From the NCBI GenBank assembly GCA_030141605.1, contig JAQGDQ010000250.1, positions 62,001-126,000 of the forward strand: 64,000 bases of DNA, in the 5' to 3' direction. Each line of letters opens with the position of its first letter. Position 1 is the stretch's first letter. The notes under the pieces were generated by a model. That model searched no databases. It saw nothing but the letters and a program-made list of their open reading frames with translations, and was not told where the DNA came from. This document shows positions 47,721 through 60,300 of this stretch, piece by piece. Both the position numbers and the translations under genes were made by a program. The stretch is from Tubiluchus corallicola (lineage: Eukaryota; Animalia; Priapulida).

Positions 47721-48463
47721 CTAACAGATGACCCGCAAAATATTTTGCGTATAAGCCACTTATGATCAATAATGAGCGACCATCCTACGCAGTGTTCGCT
47801 TATTAAGACATCTAATGCAGCGCCAGCAGCAGCTTTTAAGTTGTAGTTAAAGTTATAGGCTGAGACAATGGAATGACGTCAGAACAATGCAAACGTCACT
47901 GTAGTTTCTAAGCGAGAATCGCCCTAAATCGAACCTCTAATCAACTCGTAGCTGCTCCTCTTGGTGGAGGCTTCTTCAAATGAGACACATCATCTTGTAG
48001 CCCTGTTTCTGCTCTTCCCAAAGAGCTGTATATCTCCTCCTTGCAAGAGTCGCACCAGACGCCGCTGCAACGTTTTCTCTACAAGCTGTTCGGTCAAAGT
48101 TTCGAAAAAATCGGGAGTTGGGTCCGGGAAAACGCCCGTAGCGGGACGCCGTGGCTCTCCTGAAAATTCTAAATATGCCTACTACAACCATCACTGAACG
48201 GGCTGTCCAACCATTATACACATCTGGCCCATTCACGATCTCTAGAAATGACAGTTATAAGTTTTGCAAAAAAACGGGCAAAAAATGGCCATTTTGGAGG
48301 TTTTTCGCCCCTGTTCCTCTCTGTAGACCCGACTTGAAAAGCAAACCACCATTGAAAAAGACACTAGATCGACACCTTTCATTTAATATATGGATCGCCG
48401 AGAATGGTGCCGTCGTTCTATATATATATCCGGATACCACCGAAATTAATATTGTTTAGTAGA
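47721..48463 (-). mobile_element. Non-autonomous Helitron (743 bp)
   Basis: On the minus strand it starts TCTACTA.. and ends with hairpin CGCAAAATATTTTGCG + GGTCATCTG + TTAG (a CTAG variant). It lies between A and T with no TSD. Confidence 0.65.
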
Positions 48464-49135
48464 TAAATGCCCCATTGTTCATGTAGTGCTACGTTCAAAA
48501 GCATGTAGTTAAATTTTTTTCTGATAGCTAACATAATGAATTATAATTTTGTTCAACTAAACGCTCATTCACTCATTTAACCACCAAACTTCAGTACGAT
48601 ACTTCAACTACATACCTCATTTACTTAGTTATTACCAGTTCAGCAAATTAAACTCGTTAGTGCAGCCTGTGATTATTTACTATTTAATTTATATTAAAAG
48701 GACAGCTGAATAGATGACCTCGCGGTGTTACTTTGTAGTATGATGAAGAAAAATAAATTTTAATTCAGTTCAGTACAGTAATAATAATTAGGCCCTTTTT
48801 ATCTTTTTTTAGCAATAGGCCTACGTGACGTGAATTTGTACCATTCTGAGCCACATAATGCGACAGTTATCAATCAAACAACACAGAGCGCACAGGTAAG
48901 AGCTGAAAATTAATGAGATTCTTCATAATTGAATTCAGGATGCGTGCGTGCTACTGACTTACAGTTACACGTGACAGGTTGCGTTTTCAGACCCATGTCT
49001 ATTAAGCTATTAAAGCTCGTTGGCGATTTACAATAATTAAGCCTCAATTAATCTTAATTGCAAGTTAAACAGCAAATTGTCAGGCCATAATATACGATGT
49101 CACTTATTTCTGTTGCGTTTCCCCCGCGTCGCACG

Positions 49136-49256
<121 letters not shown>

Positions 49257-51095
49257 GCACGCGCAGTTTACGTCCGCAAAATTCGTTTCCATTGTGACCG
49301 TACTCATTTCGTAGCATTTTGTGCACAAAAATAATATCGTTTTGTTGTTCATTAAAGAAAATAGCAAATGAGCAATACAGCAAGCGACAACATTATTTTC
49401 TGCTTTTGAAAACTGTGAACACCCACCCGAATATCATCACGTAGAAACCGTGAAGAGAAGTGCCTATGTAATTAAGAATAGTTGCAGCCTTCCTATTCGA
49501 AATGTTCCTCTGAAATTTAAATAGATTAGCTATACTCACTTTGGTTCGTTGAAAGAAAAAGGCAGCTAATTAAATACTTAAATCGATATTTTGTCGCGTA
49601 TCATTTTCTTCGTTGTAACTGTGCAACTACGCGATAATATTTTGAGAGAGTGTAATAATTATGTACACTGTGCAATAGCAATAAATCGACAAACAACAGT
49701 GTGACAATAGCGTATTAAATTAAACTACGTAAATATAAGTATTGTTTGCTATAAATTTAAAAAATGCTTTAAACGAAGAATCGCAAAAGCGGCAAAAAAC
49801 GGCCAAAATAAAAAGAAAAATTAATAACAAAAAATAACTATATTAGTAAGAATTCTATCGTCTCTTTTTATCCTCAAAAGCTATTTCAACCCGCAGCTGT
49901 CTTATAAAAACTCTGTTACTAGTTTAGGGTCACTCTATCATAGAGAGAAAGCCAAACTGTATAGAGTGTATGAATTTTATATCTTTTTTATTGAGCAAAT
50001 ATATTTTTACGTCCGCAGAAAAAAGTTCGGCAATTAAAGTGCGGATGAGTACGTATACATCATCCGGTTTTCCGTGTGAACGCACCGGAAACGACAATGC
50101 TGTAATGTTGTACAAAGGCCCGCTGTCGCTTCAATTTTTTCTCACTAGAGTCATACGGAAAAATTCCATGTCTGGCGGACGCAGTGTAATCGCGTTCTCT
50201 TATTCTCATTTTAGCCAGGATGCTAACCGCAATAATATGTGTTTACTTAACTAATTAGAGCTGAATTGTATGGCTGTACCCTAACTGCAGCATTTTCAGC
50301 GCTTCTAACTAAACAAGCAGTTTTTGAAATTGCTACAGACCTTGGGTTATTTTCATTTGAGAAATCTTTCGCTTTTTCAAAATATCACCAAGGTCAGTCG
50401 GAGGTTTCTTTAAAAATTAAGGTTGCCACATTGACAAATGTTTGAGAAAAACAATATTTTTTGCGGTTTGTTGTAGTTGTTATGCAGTCTAGATGAACAT
50501 TTAGCCAGGGCATATCACGACATTACGACGCCCCCGTGGTTGACAGTTCAGTCCCGCTTATGAAGCCAAATGCATAATTGGTTGTGGTGTATTAGTAGCA
50601 CTTTTACCTACGTAGTTATTGTTAATTACATACATTTGCAAAGCGCTTATATCTAAAGCAACTGCCTGTGGTGTAGTGCCAAATTATTGTGGTTGTTATA
50701 TAGCTCCTATGTAAAATGCGGAAAAGTAACTGCTTGTGGTGTGTTATAAAGTACACGGTTTAGATGAATATGAAAGAATTCGCATTTTTTCGAGAAAAAC
50801 AGGATTTTTTTATCATTGAGTCCCTAAAGTTTGGCGCCCTAAGAACCCCGAGGAGGACATTTTATATCCAAAATCTTGGTTTAAAAATTATTTAGTTTTA
50901 CTGCAGACTTTGCTACAGAAACTAATGACTATAGATATATTTTTGAAAAGTCCAAAAAAGCAAACTCCTAGCAACTAACTAAAATGCTTGGGCGTGACTG
51001 TGGATGGTTGTGGCAAGACCGGAGCCCGGCTTATTATCAAGAATTATCTTGTAAGACAAGGTGGCGAGCTGAGAGAGCTGCTTAAACACCTTGAA

Positions 51096-53313
51096 ATGCG
51101 CACACATCCTCCATCGGCGAAAAATGTATGCAAAGCAACGTGGCAAATGACACAAGTAGTTTTCGGTAGGCCACCAGTATGTTGACAAAACAAGATTAAT
51201 ATTATTTAAATTTGCAGCCAAACACATTTCACTGTAATTCCTCTCTGTCTTATACTAAGTCTGTCTCTGTACACTAGTAGTAACTTGCAGGTAAGTAAGG
51301 TCGTTTCAAATTAACAGGTAGATGATTGACAGTTAGGCGCAAGGTTCCTGAGGATGGTAGTGCTATTTAGCAAACTGCAAATCACTAATGGTCTAAAGCA
51401 TTCACACTCAATACTGCTTGTGTAGTCAGCCAAAATTTCAAATGATTATTGATTATTCTTGATATATACTATTGGAAATTTCGTAAACTCATTTCTCTCT
51501 ACAGAATAGAAACAGCACTGATGGAGATGGACCATGGGTAGCATTGAACACACTAGGAGCCGACTACCTGGGTACCCTCACTGCCATCTTCTTCCTGTTC
51601 ATGGTGGTGGCAGCACTGTTGATTATCACCTGCCAGTTCTTTATTACCTCTTACTGCAAATATTGTAAGTAACATGGCAATACTTCAGGATTATATTAAA
51701 CCTTTGATCTCACTGTTTTCACAGGAACACTAGTTTCGGTCAGTAAAACGAAAATTTTATAGTGGACAGCAACACTGCCAACACTTCATTTTTCTTGTCA
51801 AAAATCAGATGCAGCTAATCTGAACATGGTCATTGTTTCTTATTTTATGTTTTCCTTTGATTTTCCTACTGTTTTCCTTCTACTAACTGCAACATGGTTT
51901 TTCTTTATTCTCCTCTTCTCTCATCATGTTCATTCTTCTTTTTTTTATTTCACATTTCATAGTGGCTTAACAAGGTTTCCTTTATAGCTACCATGCAGCA
52001 AACTTCAACACTTTAATATAGTATGTTTAAAAAGTCAAAAATTATTTTATTTTATTTTCCTGTTGCTGTTTTTTCAATTATATAAAAAAGTTGTAAATAT
52101 GTAAGTTGTATTATTGCTTGTTTGCTGGTGAAATAAACTGAATTTGAATTTGAACTAGAACTGTAAACAGCACTTTTAACTGCATGTGAAATTGTGCATA
52201 ATGTTACGCCATCTAACGACAAAAAACGAAGTATTATAAGCTGGTGCTTTTTGAAGAATAGGAAAGTTTGTGAAGATTGTAATTGACCCTTTGAAGGTAA
52301 ACTTAGCACATAATATTCTAATGGAGAATGTAGGTAATACTGAAAGCCTAAGAACATTAAGTCATATCAAAATACACTGGGGAAACACTGTCACTACAAA
52401 GCATCTCTAGACTAGATTAATGTAATAAATAGAGCAAGAGTACTGACATTTAAGAAGAAATGCATTAACAGGGAAAGTAATAACTGATGCCAATGTGAGA
52501 GTAACTGCTCTACGCCAAAACGTACTTACTATCATCTTTTCCTTGAGCTAGATCTTTTTTAATTTTGGGAAATTGTTTTAACGACATCTTGTAGGATCAC
52601 ATCATAATTTTACAACATCATGTTTGCCATCAAAATTAATGTGGTTCTTGAATAAAATTAATAATACTGGATGAATGCAGTACATCTATCTACCTAAAAA
52701 TCACTACAGGCACTTATTCTTTCTTCCTTTGCAAAACTCGATCTCATATGTGTAGATTAAATATAATTTATGAGGATATTACTCGCATACGCTTATTGAA
52801 TAAAAAACCGGAAGGAGAATTACAATTCCCACACAATTTAAAAACCCTAACCATTACCCAATGCTAACCCCAATCCTAATCCTAACCCTGGCCCTAACCC
52901 CAATCCTAATCCTAACCCTAATCCTAACACTAACCCTAACCCCATTCCTAACCCTAACCCAACCGTAACCCTAACTCCTAATTCTAACCCTAATCCTAGC
53001 CCTAACCCTAACCTGCTTCACAAACTAATTCCTTGTGTGTGTGGTAAACTTTAGACAATAAATTTAATTTTGTGCAGGTGCATCAAGATCTGCTGCAGCA
53101 GCTGCTGCTAGGAATATTGAAGACCAACAAGCAAACAAGCCGTCAAGATACATACCAAAACAGACAAACAAAGACGATGCGAGTTCACAAGAGAAAAAGA
53201 AAACTAAGAAGAAGAAAAAGAAAACCCATAAAAAGACGGCAGGTAAATCCAAGAAACCTGCAAAAAACGGATCCAAAATCTCAAACGGTGCACCAGTAAC
53301 GGGCAAAGAATGA
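51096..53313 (+). CDS. Uncharacterised small single-pass membrane protein with a Lys-rich C-terminal tail (5' exon uncertain)
   Basis: Exons 51505-51664 (pyrimidine tract+CAG, GTAAGT donor) and 53078-53313 (TTTTGTGCAG acceptor) join in frame: NRNSTDGDGPWVALNTLGADYLGTLTAIFFLFMVVAALLIITCQFFITSYCKYCASRSAAAAAARNIED...EKKKTKKKKKKTHKKTAGKSKKPAKNGSKISNGAPVTGKE*. A phase-compatible upstream exon 51096-51176 (MRTHPP...RPP, GTATGT donor) gives 158 aa. Exon 51218-51290 is an alternative. Confidence 0.6.
52843..53013. repeat. Degenerate interstitial telomere-like (CCCTAA)n array
   Basis: About 28 hexamers of CCCTAA and variants (TCCTAA, CCCCAA, CCGTAA). Confidence 0.9.
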
Positions 53314-55576
53314 GAACAATAGCTGCTATTGTTCAAATTATAGCAAGAACAAAAGAGAATGGATTCAGAAAAAAAATATTACCATTCGCTATAAATTCTG
53401 AGAAGAGCGACTTCTTCAGAGAAGTTCAGGAGAGAGAAAAATCTAAATAAATGCTCGGCAAATGATAAAGACAATTGACTCAAATGTTTATGATCACAAA
53501 AAATAATCTCGGTGGTACGTTCTTTTTGAATGTAAAAATTAAAGAAGTAAAACAGTGAGATACTGGGATAGCTGATGGTCGCATGACCTTCTTTTGTGTA
53601 CACTGCTACAAGATTAAGTAACGCTGTCTCTGTAGGTCAGAATGAACAAATATCTGACCAAAGCTAACATACCTCCACTGGTCCCTCCAAACACTTGGTA
53701 CCAGGTTGCAGTGTGCCGAACTTCACATAAAAGTGTTTTATGAACAACATACAGATGAATCAACTCTCAGACCTCAACATGTATGAATGCCAAGTGAACT
53801 TGAAAGTTGAACACTTATCCATCTGTTCCTGCTAAGTGATATGATAAAATGCTAATGCTAGAGCACAGTTTAAACAATAGTATTACATACGTAATACTAT
53901 TGTTTAAAATGTGACTGGAGAAACTGAAAAGGGGCAATTCTCCATGTTACTGAGCTTTAAGCAATTTGTGGAGCATACCACCAAGAACAAATGTAGGAGA
54001 GTGTTTGGACAAGGACTTGAAAAGGCAGACCTTCCAAAGAGAGTGACTCGTTTTTCTTTCTATTTTTTGTGTAAGTTTTTAGCATATTACTAAACTTGAG
54101 TATTCATTATAAATGCTATTATTGTGAGATATTATTCTTAATAAAATTACACAAATTCATAACGTTGGAAATATCCGTGCATATTTGAAGTGGTTTTGAA
54201 CAAATTTGTACAACTTAAGATCGAAAATATTTGCTACTATGCTAACATTTCTTTTTCATATTTTTACTATTTTACTCAGGTTAGTGGCATGGTTACCAGA
54301 TGTATGTTGAATTTTCTTTTACTACTATATAAATGTACACTAACCATCCACTTGTGTGATAACATCATAATTTTTAAACAATGAATGTCAACATTCCACA
54401 ACTTTGTCTCAAATTCTATGCTTTTCACAGCAGATAATTCAATCAGTATGCTTCTCCATGATTAGGCCCATAATAGAGTTTGATGGTATGTAAAAGAGGT
54501 GACAAAAATGTTATGGGTTAGGCACAATGATTGTTAAGTGGACTCGTTTACTTAACACCCCCACTTAACCCAATAGTTGACCATTTTTGGCCCACGACAC
54601 CATTTGCTTTCGGAAGGAAACACCACAGCCCAGAATTGACCACATTTGGTTTGGGCACAGAATTAGGCTAACTGGAACAGATATTTTATAAATATTAGAT
54701 AAAAGACGAGGAATGAAATTCTACTAAAATCAAGCTTTCACCGGAACTATCATTTTTTACTTGTTTGCAGTACCTTCTCCTAATTCGCAAAAAGGGAAAA
54801 ACAAAAATTCTACTATCAAGCTGCATAGCCATGTGTCTGGTTCACTGGCTGTAGTAACTGACCTAGCTTACACCGTGCAGTCAAATGAACTAAACAAATA
54901 ACGCAAAGCATAATCTTTTTTTGTAAAAAAATTTACTGAAAAACATTATGACGCACACAATAACATACACATGCTCTCACCAGGTTATTAATGATTTACA
55001 TACAGTAAGAAAGCGGTCTAATTTTTGTTTTTCCTTGCCGTTTCAAAACGCACCAAAAAAGTAGTTTTGCAGCTTCTTATCTCATTGCACATTGGTCTTC
55101 AAGTCATAGATAATCTAATGCCAAGCCAAAGACATACTGCAAAATCCGTATTCTCCCTCATGAACATCCGATATGCATAACATTAGCAAACTTATCTCCT
55201 GTTTAGTAAAACCTGAGAAAGTTTTCACAGGCAATAGGTTATGGTGCCAGCATTACAAGTTCTATGCGTACCATTACGTGCTTTACATTTTATTACATTT
55301 ACTGCAAGGTTACTCGGCACTTGACGTAACTGCCGTGTCACTTACAGACTTCACTAGGTAGGCATAGTTTTCTACTTCCCTCTGACATTCCCTTTCAGTA
55401 CTTTCAATGTCAGTTCCTGCTACAGTCCTACAACATCTGAACAATTTTATTTTCTTAACATGCAGCTTAATTCCAAGATGTCCACTGCCTTCTTTAGATG
55501 TGTATAGTTTTGATCTAATAGAACATATTTTTACAGAAACAGTCTTTAACAAACAAACTTATATATACCTTTATAA

Positions 55577-55995
55577 ATCATCATCATCATCCAATGAATC
55601 ATACGTCCAGGGACATGCTGAAGTGTTTAAATCTTTCTGTGCAAAATCTAAATATGTTAACATTTGTGCTCCTGCAGGTTTTTTAGCTAGTTCTATGGCT
55701 TGTTGAAGAGCTATCTTCACTGGAATATCATCTGGTAGTCTAAGCATATGCCCAATCCATCATAAACAGCGTCTTTTTATTTTTCTTGTCAAAGTTTCTT
55801 CTTTTATTTTTTCATCTAGATCTTTGTTTGAAATTTTCTTTGGCCATCTAATACCCAAAATGTTTCTGTAATTTTGCCTTTGAAATGCATCGATTTCAGC
55901 TTTACGATTTGCTTTTAATGTCCAGAATTCAGAGTTATACAGAAATACAGTTTCAAATAAGGCTGAGAATATTCTAATTTTTGTTTCCAACGAGA
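55577..55995 (-). mobile_element. Degenerate RTE-clade LINE 3' fragment
   Basis: Translation ..LYNSEFWTL..DAFQR..RNILGIRW..ISN..RRCL*WIGHMLRLPDD.. matches the RTE ORF C-terminus, with an in-frame stop, and ends in a (GAT)n tail. Confidence 0.8.
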
Positions 55996-56769
55996 TCCAT
56001 TCTGTTCAGTTTCTCCTCTATTGAGTTTTTTATTTCATCTATTTCTTCTTTGTTTTTTGTAATCCATACTTGCATAGATATAGTAGTTTATAAATCAATT
56101 AATGAGATATGAAACTTCAGCTAGTCTACTATCGCTAATATACTATTACTGTTTTCAACAGGAAGATAAGTAATTACCAATTATATAATTATCAGATATT
56201 CATGCGGGAGAATAAAGCTGTTTTCTGTCACAACGGCCATACAACCCTGATTTGGGATGTCAGCTGTGAAAAATTACGGTCACTCAAACATGGTATAATA
56301 AAATGCTAGAGATACAGAACTATGGTCGCAGAAACGTAAGGTGATCTAATATCGTAGGTGCAAAATTACAATTACAACAGCCTAATTTTACAAAACTTAA
56401 ATAAGAAAATGTGAGCAGTGTCGGATTACAATCACATAACTGTAAAAGTCGTGAAGAAATGTCACGAATGAAATGTTCTCAAATTGATTTCATTCACTGC
56501 ATTATCATGATTTCATAAAATCAGCTGCAAAATTCAACAGTGCAGAAAAAATGTTAGCATGAAATGTGTGCGTAAAAAATCCTACATTAGACAACGAATC
56601 CACTAAATTTAATGCACTATATATAACATATAGCATATATGCATAGCGGGAATATGGTAAATGTGCATAAGTAGTTGCATAGAACACTTCATTAGCTTTG
56701 AAACTATAGTGAAAATAGGATAATCTGCAAAAGAATTCAACAAAAAGATACTACTGTTATATAGATTTA

Positions 56770-57143
56770 AATAAACCTTTTCATAGTTCCAGCGATTGAT
56801 AATAATTGTGAAAAGTTCAAAGGTTAAGTGAACCTAGCAACTCATTTGTTTACTCTTTGACAATGCCTCGAGACCCATCCTGTTGTATTAGTAACAGTTC
56901 TTTGCACTAATTTTTACTTCATTTATTTCATTTTATGGGGATTGCTGCTACTGTTTCACTAGCTTTTTTTGGATAAGAATAACACGTTAGTTTAAAACTA
57001 TATAATATGTAGTATCATAAGAAAAATAAGGACGTGTTTCACCTACATGTAGTTATGTGCATAAGATCACGTGATCATTTTAGTTAACTTAGAGGTGCTG
57101 GGTTCAGTTAACCTTTCACCTACAAGTCTGTAAAAGTCTTATT
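56770..57143. mobile_element. MITE family C copy (inverted, more diverged), downstream of the PRKCSH stop
   Basis: AATAAACCTTTTCATAGTTCCAGCGATTGAT..TTGTGAAAAGTTCAAAGGTTAAGTG is the reverse complement of the family right end. Confidence 0.65.
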
Positions 57144-57373
57144 ATTGAAATCTTGCTGCCTGATGCATTCATTTGAGGTTAAAAAAATCATCGCGTAAGC
57201 AAACTCAGTGCAAATTGGTGAATTCATAATTGACTTAGAACACGCCTTCGAAAACTTTGCTGCCAAATTTACTCAAAAAATCCAGTGATGAGAGCAGCAA
57301 ATCGGAAAAACAACCAAAGACATAACTGCTAACGACGACGTACACGAACAGGCAGCAGCACCAATCAACACTC

Positions 57374-60300
57374 TCATAACTCGTCGTGGTTGTGAAATTC
57401 TGATGTTTGTGTCGACGGAGAACAGGCAGCTGGTGTGGAGAAATTTAGCAAATATTCACAGCGGCTTGGTTCAGATGCACTAAACAGTTCATTTTCTACA
57501 CCGCAACTGATTAAAACCTGCAAAATTAAGTAAAATTGTACAAATGTTGGTCAGCATTAAACTAAAATAGATTAATTACTATAATGTTAATGTCAGTATT
57601 ATTATTAACCAACAATTAAACAATTACGGTTACAAAACCACATTTAACTAAATTCTGATACCAAACTTGAGAGGTCGGAAATGAGAAAAAGTTATTATGC
57701 AGCCTGGATTTGAACCAGAGATCTTCTACTTACATTACAGACACTTTAGACCACTAGGTCACTACCTTAGACCAACAGGCAACTGCGATTTTATCCAACT
57801 TACTTTAGCTGAGCGTTTGGGACCATTCCAGCACTGGACCCCATTTGTAAAAGACATTGCACTATATTTATTTTCCTCTGGTCCATCCCATCTCTCCCAA
57901 GACCTAAAATAAATAAAATTTCTATTTTTCACAATAATAAAAAAACTAAATAGCTATGAAAAAATACCAATTTTGATATCTACGTAGATATATCTGTCTG
58001 TCAATTTTACCGGATAATGTACTGTGACATTACTGAACTGTTGTTGCTATGAGATACCCTATGATAAGACGATGAGAAATCTGATGATGATGTTATGTGA
58101 TGTTATGATCAAAAATGCCTAATGAACTGAAAAATTAACGTCCATGAAAAGCAAGCAAAATTTTCCGCGGCAGATTTTCGAAACACACTAAGCGCATTCT
58201 CAAGAGAACAACAAAGTTTCCGAAACAAATTGCAAAAGAACTTAAAGCCGTAAAAAGTTAACAACTAACAAAAGCGTCATAACGTTTCTTGTTAACTGTG
58301 TAATAAATCCCCCTCTCTGTTCAGGTCATAAAACTTAGTATATCCCTGATGAGAAAGTTAAGCATGAGTTGCTAGTTGCCAACGCAGTAAAGAATGTTAG
58401 TACTGTTATAAAAACATCTTTAAAAAAAATCAACGATTTATTATTAAATTTGTTTTGTAGATTACTTGGGATTACTTGATAACATGGTAATTTGTAGCTA
58501 AAGTTTAAATATAAACATAATTAATAGTATTTCTATAACAATTTGGCTCTAGCAATGATTATCATGCTCTGGCCAAAAAAAAGCTTTGTGTTTATAGACA
58601 CACTTACAACACACAGCAGTTCTCAAAGACAAATTTAAGCTAAATAATTCTACTAAACTAAGGAAATTCCTACATCAGCTTGCAAATCTCTCCCAACTGA
58701 TTCAAACTGAATAATCTCTTTACACTCTAATACCGTATTGCTTAACTTATATTCTTTTTAATGAACTTTATGAAGTTTATTGCACCAATCAAAAAATTAC
58801 ATCAAAAAGAGAACCTATGACAAATATACCATTCCTACAGAACAGAGAACAGCTTCTCTAGTTAAGAAACATTAATTGAGGTGCATTCAACAGTTTAAAA
58901 GACAAATGAGTTAGTGTTAGAAAGTGCTAGTTCCTAAGCAAAATTGATTATAATTTTAAAAATTATTATTATTATGTTGTATTGTATAGTATAGTATAGT
59001 ATTGTATTGTATTGTACTGCACCGCACTGCACTGCACTGCACTGCACTGCACTGCACTGCACTACACTACACTACACTACACTACACTACACTACACTAC
59101 ACTACACTACACTACACTACACTACACTACACTACACTACACTATACTACACTACACTACACTATACTACATTACATTACATTACATTACATTATATTAT
59201 TAAGAATCATCAAAAAGTTAAGCTTCTCTTATTGATGCATAACAGTAACAGTAGGTACAAACTGTTTCAATGTTGTATATAAGTTATGAAACAACACGAT
59301 TGTCAATTACACCACAAAAATACACTGTCATAATTGCAATTGTGTGAAATTTGTAACTACTATATTATATTAGATTACATTCCTTATTTCGTCAGCTAGG
59401 TCAGACACACATACAAATGAATATACATACAATATTAGCAGACATAAAATTATCTCACCCTAACGACGTTTCACCTCCACCACCTTTAGGCCTCTGTGAC
59501 ACTTTATCAAATAAGCACAGGCGGTAGACGTACTCTCTATCACTATATTCAAAGCACTCTTTATCCATGTCCACGTATTCGTTGTCGTTGCCATAGTCAA
59601 CAGAATCGTACCTCGATAGTGAACTGAAACAAAATGATTTGTAAACATTTTGCATCGCAAACAACAATATAGTCAAAGACCTAGACAGTGCATACACTAT
59701 GACAGAACTTTACCAACTGAAAATCCAAACGTGATAACTTGATTACAAGAGACCAATTTGGTTATCGCCAGTGTAACTTTTCTACCTCACTCTTACGAAT
59801 ATATTTTGAATATTATTCTGTAAATGTCAACCACCTGCTATGTATTAAAATAAATCAATTTCCATAGAAAGTAATGTAAAAGAATTGAGATACGTTCCAG
59901 AGGCAAAAATCAATGCTGCTTAAATAAATTAAACGTTTTATGAGTTTCTTTATGGGTTCTACGAATTAATTTCTTTCTGCTTGCTTAATAGGTATCAAAT
60001 GTTCAGCATTATTAAAACCAAACGTCGATAAACAGAGAGTCATTAAGAAAGGAGTTATTGTATCTGAAAACGGGAGGAAGGTAAGACAGAATAGAAATTT
60101 ATTTTTTTACATGGACGTACATCAAAACTGCATATAATACAATATTTTCATGATAGTCCGTGCACGTTTAGTAGATAATTAAATAGATAATTTCAAATAA
60201 TTACACAATAAAGATTTCATATTAACAGCATACATTAAATTAAATGTATTCTTAAGCATTAAGAATTACAAATTTTAGATTATTAATAAGTGTCAGAAAG

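Noticed and set aside
51505-53313. Calling the orphan protein TMIE
   Set aside because: The layout is similar (TM, Cys cluster, Lys-rich tail) but the conserved CRVPRT..EIEAR-type motif is absent.
53064-53336. Track ORFs 53064-53336 (-) and 53072-53299 (+)
   Set aside because: Wrong strand or wrong frame of the exon at 53078-53313.
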